From Gekko japonicus (lineage: Eukaryota): a DNA stretch of 64,000 nt. Below are positions 34,251 through 45,764 of the stretch, piece after piece. Where the stretch lies: NCBI RefSeq assembly GCF_001447785.1, contig NW_015170414.1, positions 1 through 64,000 on the forward strand, read 5' to 3'. Under the pieces are notes generated by a model. That model had not been told where the DNA came from. It did not search any database and was given only the letters and a program-made list of their open reading frames with translations. The translations under genes were made by a program, and so were the position numbers. How positions within the stretch are numbered: position 1 is the first letter of the stretch; the number at the start of each line of letters is the position of its first letter.

Positions 34251-35811
34251 GAATAACATCCCATTAAGCCCTTTGTTAAAGGAACAGGAGATTTTTTTCT
34301 CCAGGCAGTTGGGAACTATGTCACAAACACATACAGTAGGTCTGAACTATAACAGATATTCACTTCTTGGGGGGGGGGAATTGCTGTGTGTAAAACATCT
34401 TCCCATTTTCATTTTAGCAATAATTTAAAGGGAGCCTTCAAAATGGCACAAAAATTTAGAGTGTCCCATTTTTACCATAGCGTTTTTGACCAAGTACCAG
34501 AGTGTTGCCTAGTCACCACCAATGTGATGAAGTCACTTTCGGTACAACCTATGATGATTCCAGTACAATGTGTGATGAAGTCACTTCCGGAGTCACCTGG
34601 CAACCAGGCCCGTAGCTCGCATGGGGCCCAGGGATTGAAACCTGGGTCTCCCAGATCCTCGTCTGAGACTCTCCTCAGTATACTACAGTGGCCCTCTGAA
34701 GCCAGGCAAGAAGAAGAAACCTTTAGGGGCTGGACTTAAAAGTCCTCCTCCCCCTCCTTTTTTTTGCTGCACTGGTTTAAATGGGCATTTCCAGCAATGT
34801 GAAGTAAAGAGATCTTTCTTTTATTCTTTGATGTATTGCTTAATACGTACAGCAATACTTTCCATTCTGAACTTCTTCAATTTTTCCACATGAAAGTATA
34901 AGCAATCCACTTCAGTGGATTTTCCTGACACAGCAGAAGGTGCGCTGACTTCCCAAAGCTTTATCCCTTCTGTCCATAAGAGAGGCCCGCTGGTCCCTAA
35001 GTTCATGTTTGGTTAATGCAATAAGAACCCACAGATGGTGGTGAGCTTTTGAGGCTGGACTCAGTGGGGTGGCTGTCACACTAACTAACTGGAAGGGCAG
35101 ATACTAAATCTCTAAGCTAGTTGGAAGCGACTGAGGTGTTTAGAGGAAGCAACAGCTTGCATTTGGAAACAGCTATCCTGCCTAATTCTTTTTGTTTAAT
35201 GAAAAGGAGATGAGAACAGAGACATCGTTAAGAAGAGGACTAGGAGCTTGAAGCCAATATAGAAAACAATAGGGGTCCCTTGGCAAAAAGAGAGAGAAAT
35301 CTTTAATTAGCACCCCTTATTACTCTAGACCTCTGAGCTGGCAGAATACTGTCAGTGAGCCTTTCAAAACCTCCGCTACTGAAAAACATAAATGGTACAA
35401 ATTTGCAAAATTTCATTAGTTTTGTGCTGCCTTAGCCACAAACGGAGTTCATTTGTTTGGAAGTAGAACATAAACTGTGCACTGCTTAATGGGACTCAAA
35501 ATGTATCTGACAGCAATGAAGTTTTACTTCCAGGGAACCTTCTTGTATAACAGCAGGGAACATGACTAATATATGTGTAGTATTTGGCCTCTACCATTAG
35601 TCATGGTGCTCCATAGTATTAAAGCAACATGCAAGGTTTAACTCCAAGTAAATCAGAATTTAAGGTTAAACAAGAGGGAAGGTGACAAAGAAGACAGGGA
35701 CTGCAAAACAGGGGGTGATTCAGCCTCCTGTTTCTGATGTTAGCATTAGTCCCCCTCCTTCATGCATTCCCCACTTGTGCCTGGGAGATGGGTTAGATTG
35801 TCCCCCATGGC

Positions 35812-35997
35812 TAAGGTTGCCAATTCTGTGTTGGGGGGTTCCTGGAGATTTGGAGGGGGGGATTTCAGCAGGGTATAATGCCATATAGTCCACTATCCAA
35901 AGCAGCCATTTCTCCCTTGGGAACTGATAATCTGCAGTGTGCAGATCAGTTATAATTCCAGGGCATTTCCAGGCCCCACTTGGAGGCTGGCAACCTA
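35812..35997 (+). mobile_element. TAGGGTTGCCA-family hAT MITE
   Basis: TAAGGTTGCCA...TGGCAACCTA, body collinear with 24966-25175. Confidence 0.8.
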
Positions 35998-36404
35998 TCT
36001 AAGAGTGCAAACAATTGTCATGGCATATGAATTAACCTATTTGTTTATTCACTTCTTTTATACCCCACCTCTCTCCCCAGTAGGGACCTAAAGCAGCTTA
36101 CATTGTTCTCCTCCCCTCCATCCCTCACAACAGCCCTGTCACTGGGCGCTTTTATATTTGCCCCAGTGGAGCAAATTACAGAACTGTTCTTATGTGCTGA
36201 TGAAGTACATATGAAGCTGCTGTAAAGTATATATGAGGTGGTTCCAGCAAGGTCAGTGTACTGTCTACTCTGACAGTATGCAACATTCAGGATCTCAGGT
36301 ATAGAAAGGTCTTTCCCAGCCTCCCAGGATCTTCCCCAAGATATTTATTAACTAGAGATACAAGGGACTGAACCTGGCAGTTTTGTGTGCAAAGCACATG
36401 TCAC

Positions 36405-37099
36405 TAGGGTTACCAGCTCTGGGTTGGGAAATACCTGGAGATTTGGGGTAGGCGTGCCTGTCCGCAGGTGGGGGCCTGGGATTCCCTGCTAGGGCTGCCA
36501 AGTCCCCCCGGGGGGGGCGGGGATTCCCCCACTAAAAGGGTCCCCAATCCACCGGTCCAGGTCTGGCCGGCGGGGAAAACCCCACCCCCAAAGTGGCCAG
36601 ATAGGGCTGACGTGCCCGGTGTGATGACATCACCCGGAAGTGATGTCATCACGCTGGGCACGTCACCGGGTGACGCTCTAGCAATCACCCTGAAAACTCT
36701 ATTCAAAATGTCCCAGAATGGGACCAACTCTCCCCCACTTATTTTGGTGAGTCACTTGGCAACTCTATTCCCTGCTTTTGTGGGAAACCCCACCTCAAAA
36801 TAGATGTCCCTGCGCAATGTCAGCAATGCAATGATGTCACTTGCAGAAGTGATGTCATCACATCACCGACGTCCTCACCCAACCCCGGAATGCCCCACAA
36901 ATTCCCCCCAGCACGAGGTAGGCACCTGGCAACCCTATTTTGGGGGTGGAGTCTGGGAAGGGAAGGGACCTCAATGGGGTATAATGCCATAGTGTACACC
37001 TTCTAAAGCAGCCATTTTTCTTCAGGGAAACTGATCTCTGTAATCTGGAGACCAGTTGTGGGAAGATCTCTAGCCACCACCTGTAGAATGACAACCCTA
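36405..37099 (+). mobile_element. Triple-nested TAGGGTTGCCA-family MITEs (36405-37099 > 36449-36937 > 36490-36767)
   Basis: Three TIR pairs with 8-bp TSDs catgtcac/tatgccac, atttgggg/ttttgggg and ttccctgc/ttccctgc. Confidence 0.88.
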
Positions 37100-37154
37100 T
37101 ATGCCACAGCCTCTCCCCTAATAATAATAATAATAATTAATACTGCTTTTTCAG

Positions 37155-37321
37155 TGTGCCAGGAAGCTGTATGGGAAGTCTTCAAAACATTCTGGGAAAG
37201 ACTCCCAGGGCGGGAAGAACATCAAAATTGGTTGAATGTATGTGAGGAAGGAACTATGAGTATATTTGAGATGGGAACCAACTTTAGTCAGTCTGAAGAA
37301 CATCAGAGCCTCATCATGAAG
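37155..37321 (+). CDS. IMPG2: IMPG2 exon 3
   Basis: tttttcAG|TG TGC...ATG AAG|GTAAGG, 167 nt. Encodes [56 protein letters not shown]. Confidence 0.97.
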
Positions 37322-37806
37322 GTAAGGGAAAATATTTAAAGTTTAATTTGTTTAATTTAAATATTTGTATGCTGCCTTTTCACCTAGTTTAGGGTCCCTA
37401 AGGTGTGAATAATCAAAACAATGTTACAATACAGATATATACTTAATATTTAAAACAATTTAATAGAACATACAAATACATCCCAGAGCCAGCAAACAGG
37501 CCCATTTTCTTTCTCCTTCCTAGTTCCTCCTGCCTTTTCCTACTTCCTGGCTCTTGTACCCTACTGCCAAGTAAGCTTCCCACCCCCCAAGTAAGGTAAT
37601 ATTAGCAATGAAGTTTCCTATGTGGTGGCCACTGGTAGCTCTATTTGACAATCACTACCTTCTGTAGCTGCTGTTTCTGTTAGGGAGACTCCTTTACTCA
37701 GTTCTTTCGCCTTGTCTTGGGCCCTGGTACAGTGTAACAGTCACTCAGTAAGCTTCATTGCTGAACAGGAATTTGAACCAAGGTCTCCCCATTTAGGGTT
37801 GCTAAT

Positions 37807-37962
37807 CTGGTAGGCACTCACCTCCATATACACACACACACACACACATTGTATGTGGCCCTAGTTAGGAATGTAAAATGCTTGTAAACCTGGTAGGCAC
37901 TCACCTCCCTATATATATACATTGTATGTGGCCCTAGTTAGGAATGTAAAATGCTTGTAAAC
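37807..37962. repeat. Tandem duplication (83 + 73 bp) containing a microsatellite
   Basis: ctggtaggcactcacctcc...cattgtatgtggccctagttaggaatgtaaaatgcttgtaaac occurs twice. Confidence 0.9.
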
Positions 37963-38016
37963 TGCTCGGAGCCTCTGGGATTGAGTGGTATAGAAACTGA
38001 GTGGTATAGAAACTTT

Positions 38017-38251
38017 TGAGTCCCCACTCCTCCACTTGCACCTGCTGATGTGACCTTGGGTCAGTCACAAGCTCTGGCACAGCTGTCCTTGAAAAAGGGC
38101 AGTTTGTGTCAGAGTTCTCTCAGCCCCACCCACCTCACAGGGTGTCTGTTGTGGGGAGGGGAAGTGAAAGAAGTTTGTAAGCCGCTCTGAGACTCCAAGT
38201 GAAGGGCGGGGTATAAATCCAATCTCTTCTTCTTCTTCTTCTTCTTCTTCT
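38017..38251 (+). mobile_element. Squam3-like SINE, 5'-truncated
   Basis: Starts within box B; (TCT)n tail. Confidence 0.85.
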
Positions 38252-38361
38252 GAAAGTATAAATAAATAAAAAAATCTCCAGGCAGAACCTCAAGATATTC
38301 TAGAATTATGCCTGATCTCCAGACTACTGAGAACAGTTTCCCTGGAGAAAATGGTTGCTTT

Positions 38362-38664
38362 AGAAGAAGAAGAAGAAGAAGAAGAAGAAGAGGAGATTGG
38401 ATATTTACCCCGCCCTTCATTACCCAAGGGAGTCTCAGAGCGGTTTACAATCTCCTTTCCCTCCCCCTCTCCACAACAGACACCCTGTGAGGTAGGTGGG
38501 GCTGAGAGAGCTTTTGACAGAAACTGCTCTTTTTCAAGAACAGCTCTTATCAGAACTACGGCTTGCCCAAGGTCATCCAGCCAGGTGCAAGTGGGGGAGT
38601 GGGGGATCAAACCCGGTTCTCCCAGATTAGAGTCCGCACACTTAACCACTACACCAAACTGGCT
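38362..38664 (-). mobile_element. Squam3-like SINE with (GAA)n tail, adjoining a MITE fragment
   Basis: Full head-to-tail match to the other copies. Confidence 0.88.
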
Positions 38665-38978
38665 CACTCTATTCCCGCCCCAGTTCCTGTAGCTTGCTGC
38701 AGTGGTGGTGGGGAATATTTAAAAAGTGGCTTCATGGGCATGATGACATGACCTCCAGGGAAAAACCAGTTTTATCACAGAATTTCTGATGATTCCTACA
38801 TCTACCTGCTGTCACTTCTGAGCTTCCCACAGAACATGCTGTCACAATAGAGGGAAATGCTCTTGCAACCTGAAGGATTTCAGTTATAAGGAGGACAAAC
38901 ATGTTATATAGCGTCTAGTGGGATAGTTCTGTCAATTGCACCTTCTGTCTCCAGGGACATTCCGTTCATTTTCTGAAA

Positions 38979-39161
38979 NNNNNNNNNNNNNNNNNNNNNN
39001 NNNNNNNNNNNNNNNNNNNNNNNNNNNNNNNNNNNNNNNNNNNNNNNNNNNNNNNNNNNNNNNNNNNNNNNNNNNNNNNNNNNNNNNNNNNNNNNNNNNN
39101 NNNNNNNNNNNNNNNNNNNNNNNNNNNNNNNNNNNNNNNNNNNNNNNNNNNNNNNNNNNNN
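38979..39161. other. Assembly gap (183 N)
   Basis: Run of N. Confidence 1.
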
Positions 39162-41888
39162 TTAAAATTATTTGGAGCCTTTCTTCATTTTCACAATTTC
39201 CACAATTGCTTGTAATTTATTGATTGCATACCAAGAGTCTAGGGTCTCAGATAACACAGTTCTTAACATTTCTATACTAATTTGAAGTGAGACAGTTGTA
39301 GAGTTGCCAGTCCCCAGGACTGGGTAGCGGTTCCATCACTTTTGGAAACTCCAATCAGCCCCTGGCCAGTGGGGAAGCTTCACCCCAAGCCCCGCCCCCA
39401 AGTGCAACCACCGAGCCGGCCACCCCTCTTCCCCCCGCCTGATTTAAAGAGTTTTAGCTGCTTGACGGGGAGCACATGGCCCACCAATCAGCTGGAGGGC
39501 CCTTTAAATCTAGCAGGAGGGAGGGAGCTGTTGCGGGCTGCACACTCGGCTTGCAAAAAGACCCTTTAAAGGTGGGGCCACAGCATGCAGGGCTGGGAGA
39601 AATCAGCCCCTCACACCACAGCCCCCACCTCGCTTGCAGAAAGGCTGTGAAAGTGTGACTGGACCAAGGTCACCCAGCAAGCTTCCATGGTAGAGCAGGG
39701 ATACAAACCTGAGTCTCCTGGATCCTAGTCCTACACTCTTGCCAGTATACCCAACTGGGATATGAGTGAAGTGAATGGAAGTCCCCAATAAACTTTTGCT
39801 GGACTGTGCCTAGTCCTTGGGTTGTTCTTTTTTAAAATATTGTTTCTTAAAGAACAAAGCTAGCCTCTGATCCTAGGAATGCAGACAAATAAACCTGTTT
39901 GTTGGTTCTGGCATGTTGTGCTTGGATTGTTCTGTAAGAAAAGGAGACAGAGAAGCTTGGGTATTGGTGGTATTTGGACAGAGGATCAGATTTTACAGCT
40001 TTTGGGTCACTTCCAACTCTGATTCCATGTTTCTGTTATTTCCATCCAATTTTTCTCCTTTATTAGTACCATCAACCTTTTTATGTGCCTCGTAAGCCAA
40101 AGAAGTAAAAATAGAAAAAATAGACCTAACCAACCAATCTGCAAATTAGTTCCTTTTCTGCTGGAAATAAAGTTATGATATCCAGATGAGTATCCACTGG
40201 CCTCAAACATGGATTTGCAAACTGATAGGGTGGCCTGCCTCTTGTGCAACATTAATTTATCAAATTCTGTAAGCATCTAAAAGCCTAATCAGGGGCTCAG
40301 TGACACCAGGCAACATTCTGAAATTCCTGGAACAGGCTGCCCACCTGTTCTTTACTTGTCCATGTCCTCATTTGCCAACACAGAGCCTGCTGTTAAGCAC
40401 CAACCTCTTGGCTTCTGTGGCAAAGCAAAGGGTATAGAGGGATAAGAAGGATGGAAGAGCCTGCAGGTTTTTTACTGAGAACATCTTGGTGATGTTACAG
40501 TGTTCCTTGTGCCAAGCACAGAGCACAGGAATGAATCCAAGGAGAGAGGGCTGCAAATATCTCTTAATCACACTGAGACATAAGCACAGAGGCACTGTAA
40601 TTCACACCCAGGAAAAATGCTGATTGCCACTTTAGGGTCAGGAAGCAATTTTCTCCAGACCAGTTTGCCCAGGGATCCTGTGTTGGAAGTTCCAGATGCG
40701 ATGTCCCCTGCCTCGGACCTCCAGACTGAGTGGCAAGAGAAGCTAGATTGCTAGATAGACACACTGACCTTTCTTCCTGCATCTACTCTTCTGCCACTGT
40801 CCTCTTTGATATGCAGATTGTAATCTCAGGGACCAATTGCTTCTTTCCTGCTTCTCCTGCACTCTGAATGAAGACTTGCTCTCTACCAGCATGCACCAAG
40901 AGAGGGACATGCTGTCCTCTCTTGGCACCATGAGGCAGATGGGCCTCTCGCCATCTGCCTCCATCCTTTAGCCAGTAAATTAGTAATCTATCAATCTCTG
41001 CTCTTTCCTAGCCTAGTTGCCCTGAGCCTGCTCTGGCGGGGAGGGCGGGATATAAATTAATCAATTAATTAAATAAATAAATAATAAAGTGTATTTCTCT
41101 TCTAAACTTGCAATGTGGCTCTTGTGTACCTTTGTAAACTGAGTAACCTGGTAAAATGACGCTTCTGCGTTTGTAGCTTTATTTAAGCATTCTGCTAACT
41201 AATGGTGATTGGACTAACCAAACCAGTCAACCTCAATAATCCTGGAGGGTTTTTTGTCATCTTCTGGGCATGGAACAGGGTCACTGGTGGTGGGGTGGGG
41301 AGGTATTTGTGAATTTCCTGCATTGTGCAGGGGGTTGGACTAGATGACGCTGGAGGTCCCTTCCAACTCTTATGGAAACAAGCAGGGTACCCAGCTTAGC
41401 TGGCTGGTGTGGGGAAAATGGGTGGGAAACTCTGGTGGATCAGATGCATGCTCAAACTTTCTGATGACACTTCCTGTGAGCCCAGAAGCAATTTCAGTAC
41501 ATTGTCTGGGGACACAGAGGATGCTCAAGCATTTGGGCAAAATTTTATGGTCACTCCCATATAAGTCCTGCCTTAAAGGCCAAAACAGCCCTGAAAATTG
41601 CTCTGTTCTTCCCCCTGACGTTTACTGACAGAAACCAAGGCTTGAAGGCTGGCAGTACTGGTGTTGTTGCCTAGTAACCCCCACAACAGCTATTTTATTT
41701 CTTAAAGATGCAGGTGATGCTTCTAGTATTGGGGAGGTAGTTAATCCTCAATATATTTTATTTTTATTTTTAGACTTTTCTGCAAACCTGCCTTGTCTGT
41801 TCATAACTCCAGTCTCAGGAATTAAGTAACCACAGATTTGGTCATATTGATAACTATATATATTGATCTGGGATTATTGTATTGTAAA

Positions 41889-42658
41889 ACAGTGTGTGAC
41901 TGCAATAAAGAAGGCCAATGCTCTGCTGGGGATTATTAAGAAGGGTATTGAAAACAGATCAGCCAATATCATAATTGCTCTATATAAATCAATGGTGAGA
42001 CCTCATTTGGAATACTGTGTGCAGTTCTGGTCACCACACCTTAAAAAGGATATTATAGCTTTGGAAAAAGTGCAGAAAAGGGCAACTCGAATGATAAAAG
42101 GGTTGGAACACTTTCCCTATGAGGAAAGGTTAAAGCGCTTAGGGCTCTTTAGCTTGGAGAAACGACGACTGAGGGGTGACATGATTGAGATTATGCATGG
42201 GATAGAGCAGGTAAAAGAGGTACTTTTCTCCCTTTCTCACAATACAAGAACTCGTGGGCACTCCATGAAATTGCTGAGTGGTCGGGTTAGAATGGATAAA
42301 AGGAAGTACTTCTTCACCCAAAGAGTGATGAACACATGGAATTCTCTGCCACAGGAAGTGGTGGCGGCTACAAGCATGGACGGCTTCAAAAGGGAATTAG
42401 ATAAGTATATGGAGCAGAGGTCCATAAGTGGCTATTAGCCACAAGGCATAGATAGGGACTCTGGGGCAAGTGATGCTCTGTCATCTTGGTGCTTGGGGGT
42501 GGGGGTCAACAGTGGGAGGGCTTCTAATGTCCTGGCCCCACTGGTGGACCTCCTGATGGCACTGGTATTTCTGGCCACTGTGTGATACAGAGTGTTGGAC
42601 TGGATGGGCCTTTGGCCTGATCCAACATTGGCGTCTCTTATGTTCTTACGTTCTTATA
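41889..42658 (+). mobile_element. CR1 LINE 3' fragment
   Basis: ORF KKANALLGIIKKGIENRS..LYKSMVRPHLEYCVQFWSPHLKKDI..TRGHSMKL..WNSLP is the CR1 ORF2 C-terminus. 3'UTR and (TTCTTATG)-type octamer tail. Confidence 0.95.
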
Positions 42659-44329
42659 AGCACATTGCTGATGGCTGCAGTATGTTTTGAAAATATTCTT
42701 TATTTCCAATGGCATTGCTATTCACAGTGAATATAAATATTTAATCAGCTATATTTGATAGAAGCTAGCATTAACATGTACAGGATTAAACTAATACAGA
42801 TCAGAAAGGGGATTCCCTAATCCTTCCAGGATTTACTGTCAAGGAACACATTTCCTTTTTGACCTTCGCCTTTCATGTGCCTCTGTAGTAAGTAATGTTC
42901 ATACCAATTATTTGGTAAATATATCCCATTTAGTTTATTTATTTATTTTTTCATATTTGTAGCCCACCCTTCCCACGAGCGGGCTCAGGGCGGATAACAA
43001 TATATTGATAAGACAATAAATATGATTAAAATTTTAAACACAATAATACATTTAAAATTGGCAGTCACAGCCCAATGCCAGAAATTCAGTGGTTGAGAGA
43101 GGTTCCCATTTAGTTTGGATTTAATACTTTATTGTAAACTATTGTTGTCCAAATAAAGTTGTTAGAATGGAATTTACATTGTAAAAAAAGCATAGGGCTG
43201 CCTAATAAATAGTAACTCAAGTCAAATTCTCTTTCTCTTTAATGCATACTTCAATTTACTTAATATCATGGTATCATTTTACTGAGTGTTTCTCCACCTC
43301 CCAGTGGCAGTCAATGAAGTGGATTTGAAGCAGGAAAAAGGATATTCTAATGTTATTAGGACATGAGGTAAATTGAAGAGCTCATTCTAGAACTTCTAGA
43401 GTTCTACCATCTGCCATAACAGAAAAAAGAATGTGGTCTCCCTAACAACTTAAAAATGAGCTTTCCACCCGAGGTTGCTGTGGAGACTGCAGGTAGTTCC
43501 TTGAGTCCTGCCACCTTCCAGAGCAGCCAGGAGGGTAGAGGTTCCCTCATAGTTTAACATTAATTTCATCAGAGGCTGTTAAACAGTAGTAATGTTAACT
43601 AATGTTAATACATTCTTCTGTTTTGTAACTCACATTGAGAACTTTCATTTATTTTCATTTATTTTTTTATTTCCAAAATTTATATCTTGCCTTTCTGCCT
43701 TCACAAGGGCTACCCAGGCAGCTAACAGATGGGACACACATAATAAAACCACATTTAAAAACCATTAAAACTAGACCCATTCCCCCCAAAAAAAATCCCA
43801 TAGATCATTAAAGCAATTAAAACCAGAGCTAAAATACATACAAAGACATAGAAACAACAATCTATAAATGTGTACCATAAATAAGCAGTATTTTGGAGCT
43901 GTACGGAAAGGTTAAAATTGTACTTCCCTTCTTAGGTTCTAGTTATGCTGGAGTGGATCCTGTTCCTCCTGCAATTTCTGCAGCCAGAGAACAATGGTGC
44001 GTAATGTCATAACAATACCAATTTGATCCATTTTCACATGCTAAATTAACATTATGGGCCAATCCAGACCTCAAAATTGGGATGAACCCCCCCCCTTTTT
44101 TTTTTTACTGAAGGCTTGGACTTTAGTGAAATTTTTACATTGAGGGATTTTTACATTGGACCAATTGATAGACTATGATGATGGCTTTTTGTCATTTTCT
44201 CAGCTGAGGTCTAGATACAACTTGTAAACTTCTGTTTACAATGGCAACATCTGTTGGTATCTAAATATGACCCTGTGGCATTAAGTGTCTCAGAGTCCCC
44301 TTTGCTCCTAAAAACTCTAATTGAATCAA

Positions 44330-44980
44330 GGCAGAAAACAAAACCTACAATATTTGTTTATAAATATTTGATTCCGATCAATAAATATAATATGTAGAGA
44401 CTCAGGAATGAATGCAATAAGGAGCTACATTGCCCTATTTTGCCAAAGCAATGGGATATGGCCTGGATTTTAAGTTGTGACTTATTCAACCAAAAAACCC
44501 CTTATGTATAGGATATACTGTACACCACAGTGACTTTCTAGCGAAGTATTGAGTAAAGCGTCTAACTGTTGGTGTTGTAAGGATGTGTCCCTTAAACATA
44601 TGTTTTGGGTGTGTCCAATCATTTGGTTTTTCTGGGAAGAAGTTTTTACTCCCATCTGTTTTGTATTAGAATGCTCATTGGGTTTTTTTGAGGATGCTTA
44701 CATAATTTTAAACGATCTGCCCAACTCTTGGAGGCTTACCGATGGTTGATGAAAATAGAATCTCCATGCCCTGATATGGCTAGCCCAGGCAAACCCAATC
44801 TTGTCAGATCTTGGAAGCTAAGCAGGGCTGACCCTGGCAAGTATTTGGATGGGAGATCTCCAGAGAATACCAGGGCTGGGAGTCCAGAGGCAGGCAATCA
44901 AGTGACTTGTCTGAATGTCCTCCATGCCTCAGACAGTTGGAGTGACCAGAGATCACCATGACTTGCACACACAAATGCAA

Positions 44981-45046
<66 letters not shown>

Positions 45047-45300
45047 CTCCCAAAAGAAAATAGAACCTCCATGCCCTTACTACAGCTAAAATACTTGTAT
45101 TAACACATTGGAGAGAAAAATACCGGTAAAACAGGGGACTAAGGACCTTAGAACTACATCAGTATTGAAACACATGGCATATAGATGATAATTGTGTATG
45201 GACTTCTTTTTGGAATGGAAATCTTTTATAAAAACTTATATGTAGATCTGCCACCACTGCTATATTTTTGTCTCTACTTTATAAATACCCTTTTTTCTAT
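44330..45300 (+). mobile_element. L1-clade LINE 3' fragment, interrupted by a 5S SINE
   Basis: CWCCKDVSLKHMFWVCPIIWFFWEEV resembles the L1 ORF2 C-terminal CCHC region. Boundaries approximate. Confidence 0.6.
44773..45055 (+). mobile_element. 5S rRNA-derived SINE with (AAT)n tail
   Basis: 5S-like 'atcttgtcagatcttggaagctaagcaggg..gtatttggatgggaga..gaatacc'. (AAT)n at about 44981-45046. 22-bp TSD gaaaatagaaYctccatgccct (44751-44772, 45056-45077). Confidence 0.85.
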
Positions 45301-45391
45301 TTTGTTTTGCAAATTTAGTTGCTGGATTTTGAGTTGTTTTTCCTTCTTGTTCTTTTTGCACTTCTCTTCTTCATCCCATCCGGTCATACAG

Positions 45392-45764
45392 TAGGGTTGA
45401 CAGGTTCCTCCGGGAAACTGGTGGGGGATGGGGGGAGGCCCAGTTGACATCACCAATGACATGACTATGTCACTTCTGACATGCTGTGATGTGCAGCAAT
45501 GTTCTGGTATTTGGACAAAAACTCTATTGTAAAAATGGCTTCTACCATAGAGTTTTTGTCCATATACCAGAGTGTTGCCTGGGCATCACCAGCATGATGG
45601 CATCACTTCCTGTGCATGCTAAAAGTGATGTCACCATGTCATTGGTGACATCTGGGCCTTTCTCTTTCTCCTGTTAAGTCCCCCCCACTGGCCAGCTGAT
45701 CAGCAGTGGGGGTGGGGCCTGGTGGCGGGAGACCCCACTTCCATCAGGGGGGCTGGCAACTCTA
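45392..45764 (+). mobile_element. Long TAGGGTTGCCA-family MITE with internal fold-back
   Basis: TAGGGTTGACA / TGGCAACTCTA. TSD tcatacag/tcatatgg, consistent with tcatacgg after CpG decay. Confidence 0.82.

Noticed and set aside
38979-39161. Missing IMPG2 exon hidden in the assembly gaps
   Set aside because: Exon 3 (..LIMK) joins exon 4 (KLSYAK) in phase and matches the recalled protein with no gap.
40330-40970. Minus-strand ORFs as a nested gene
   Set aside because: No splice-consistent structure. At most a very old LINE 3' remnant, too weak to call.
44915-45103. Poly-Asn ORF, and poly-Glu/Arg/Ser/Leu ORFs near 38100-38700
   Set aside because: These are translations of (AAT)n and (GAA)n SINE tails.
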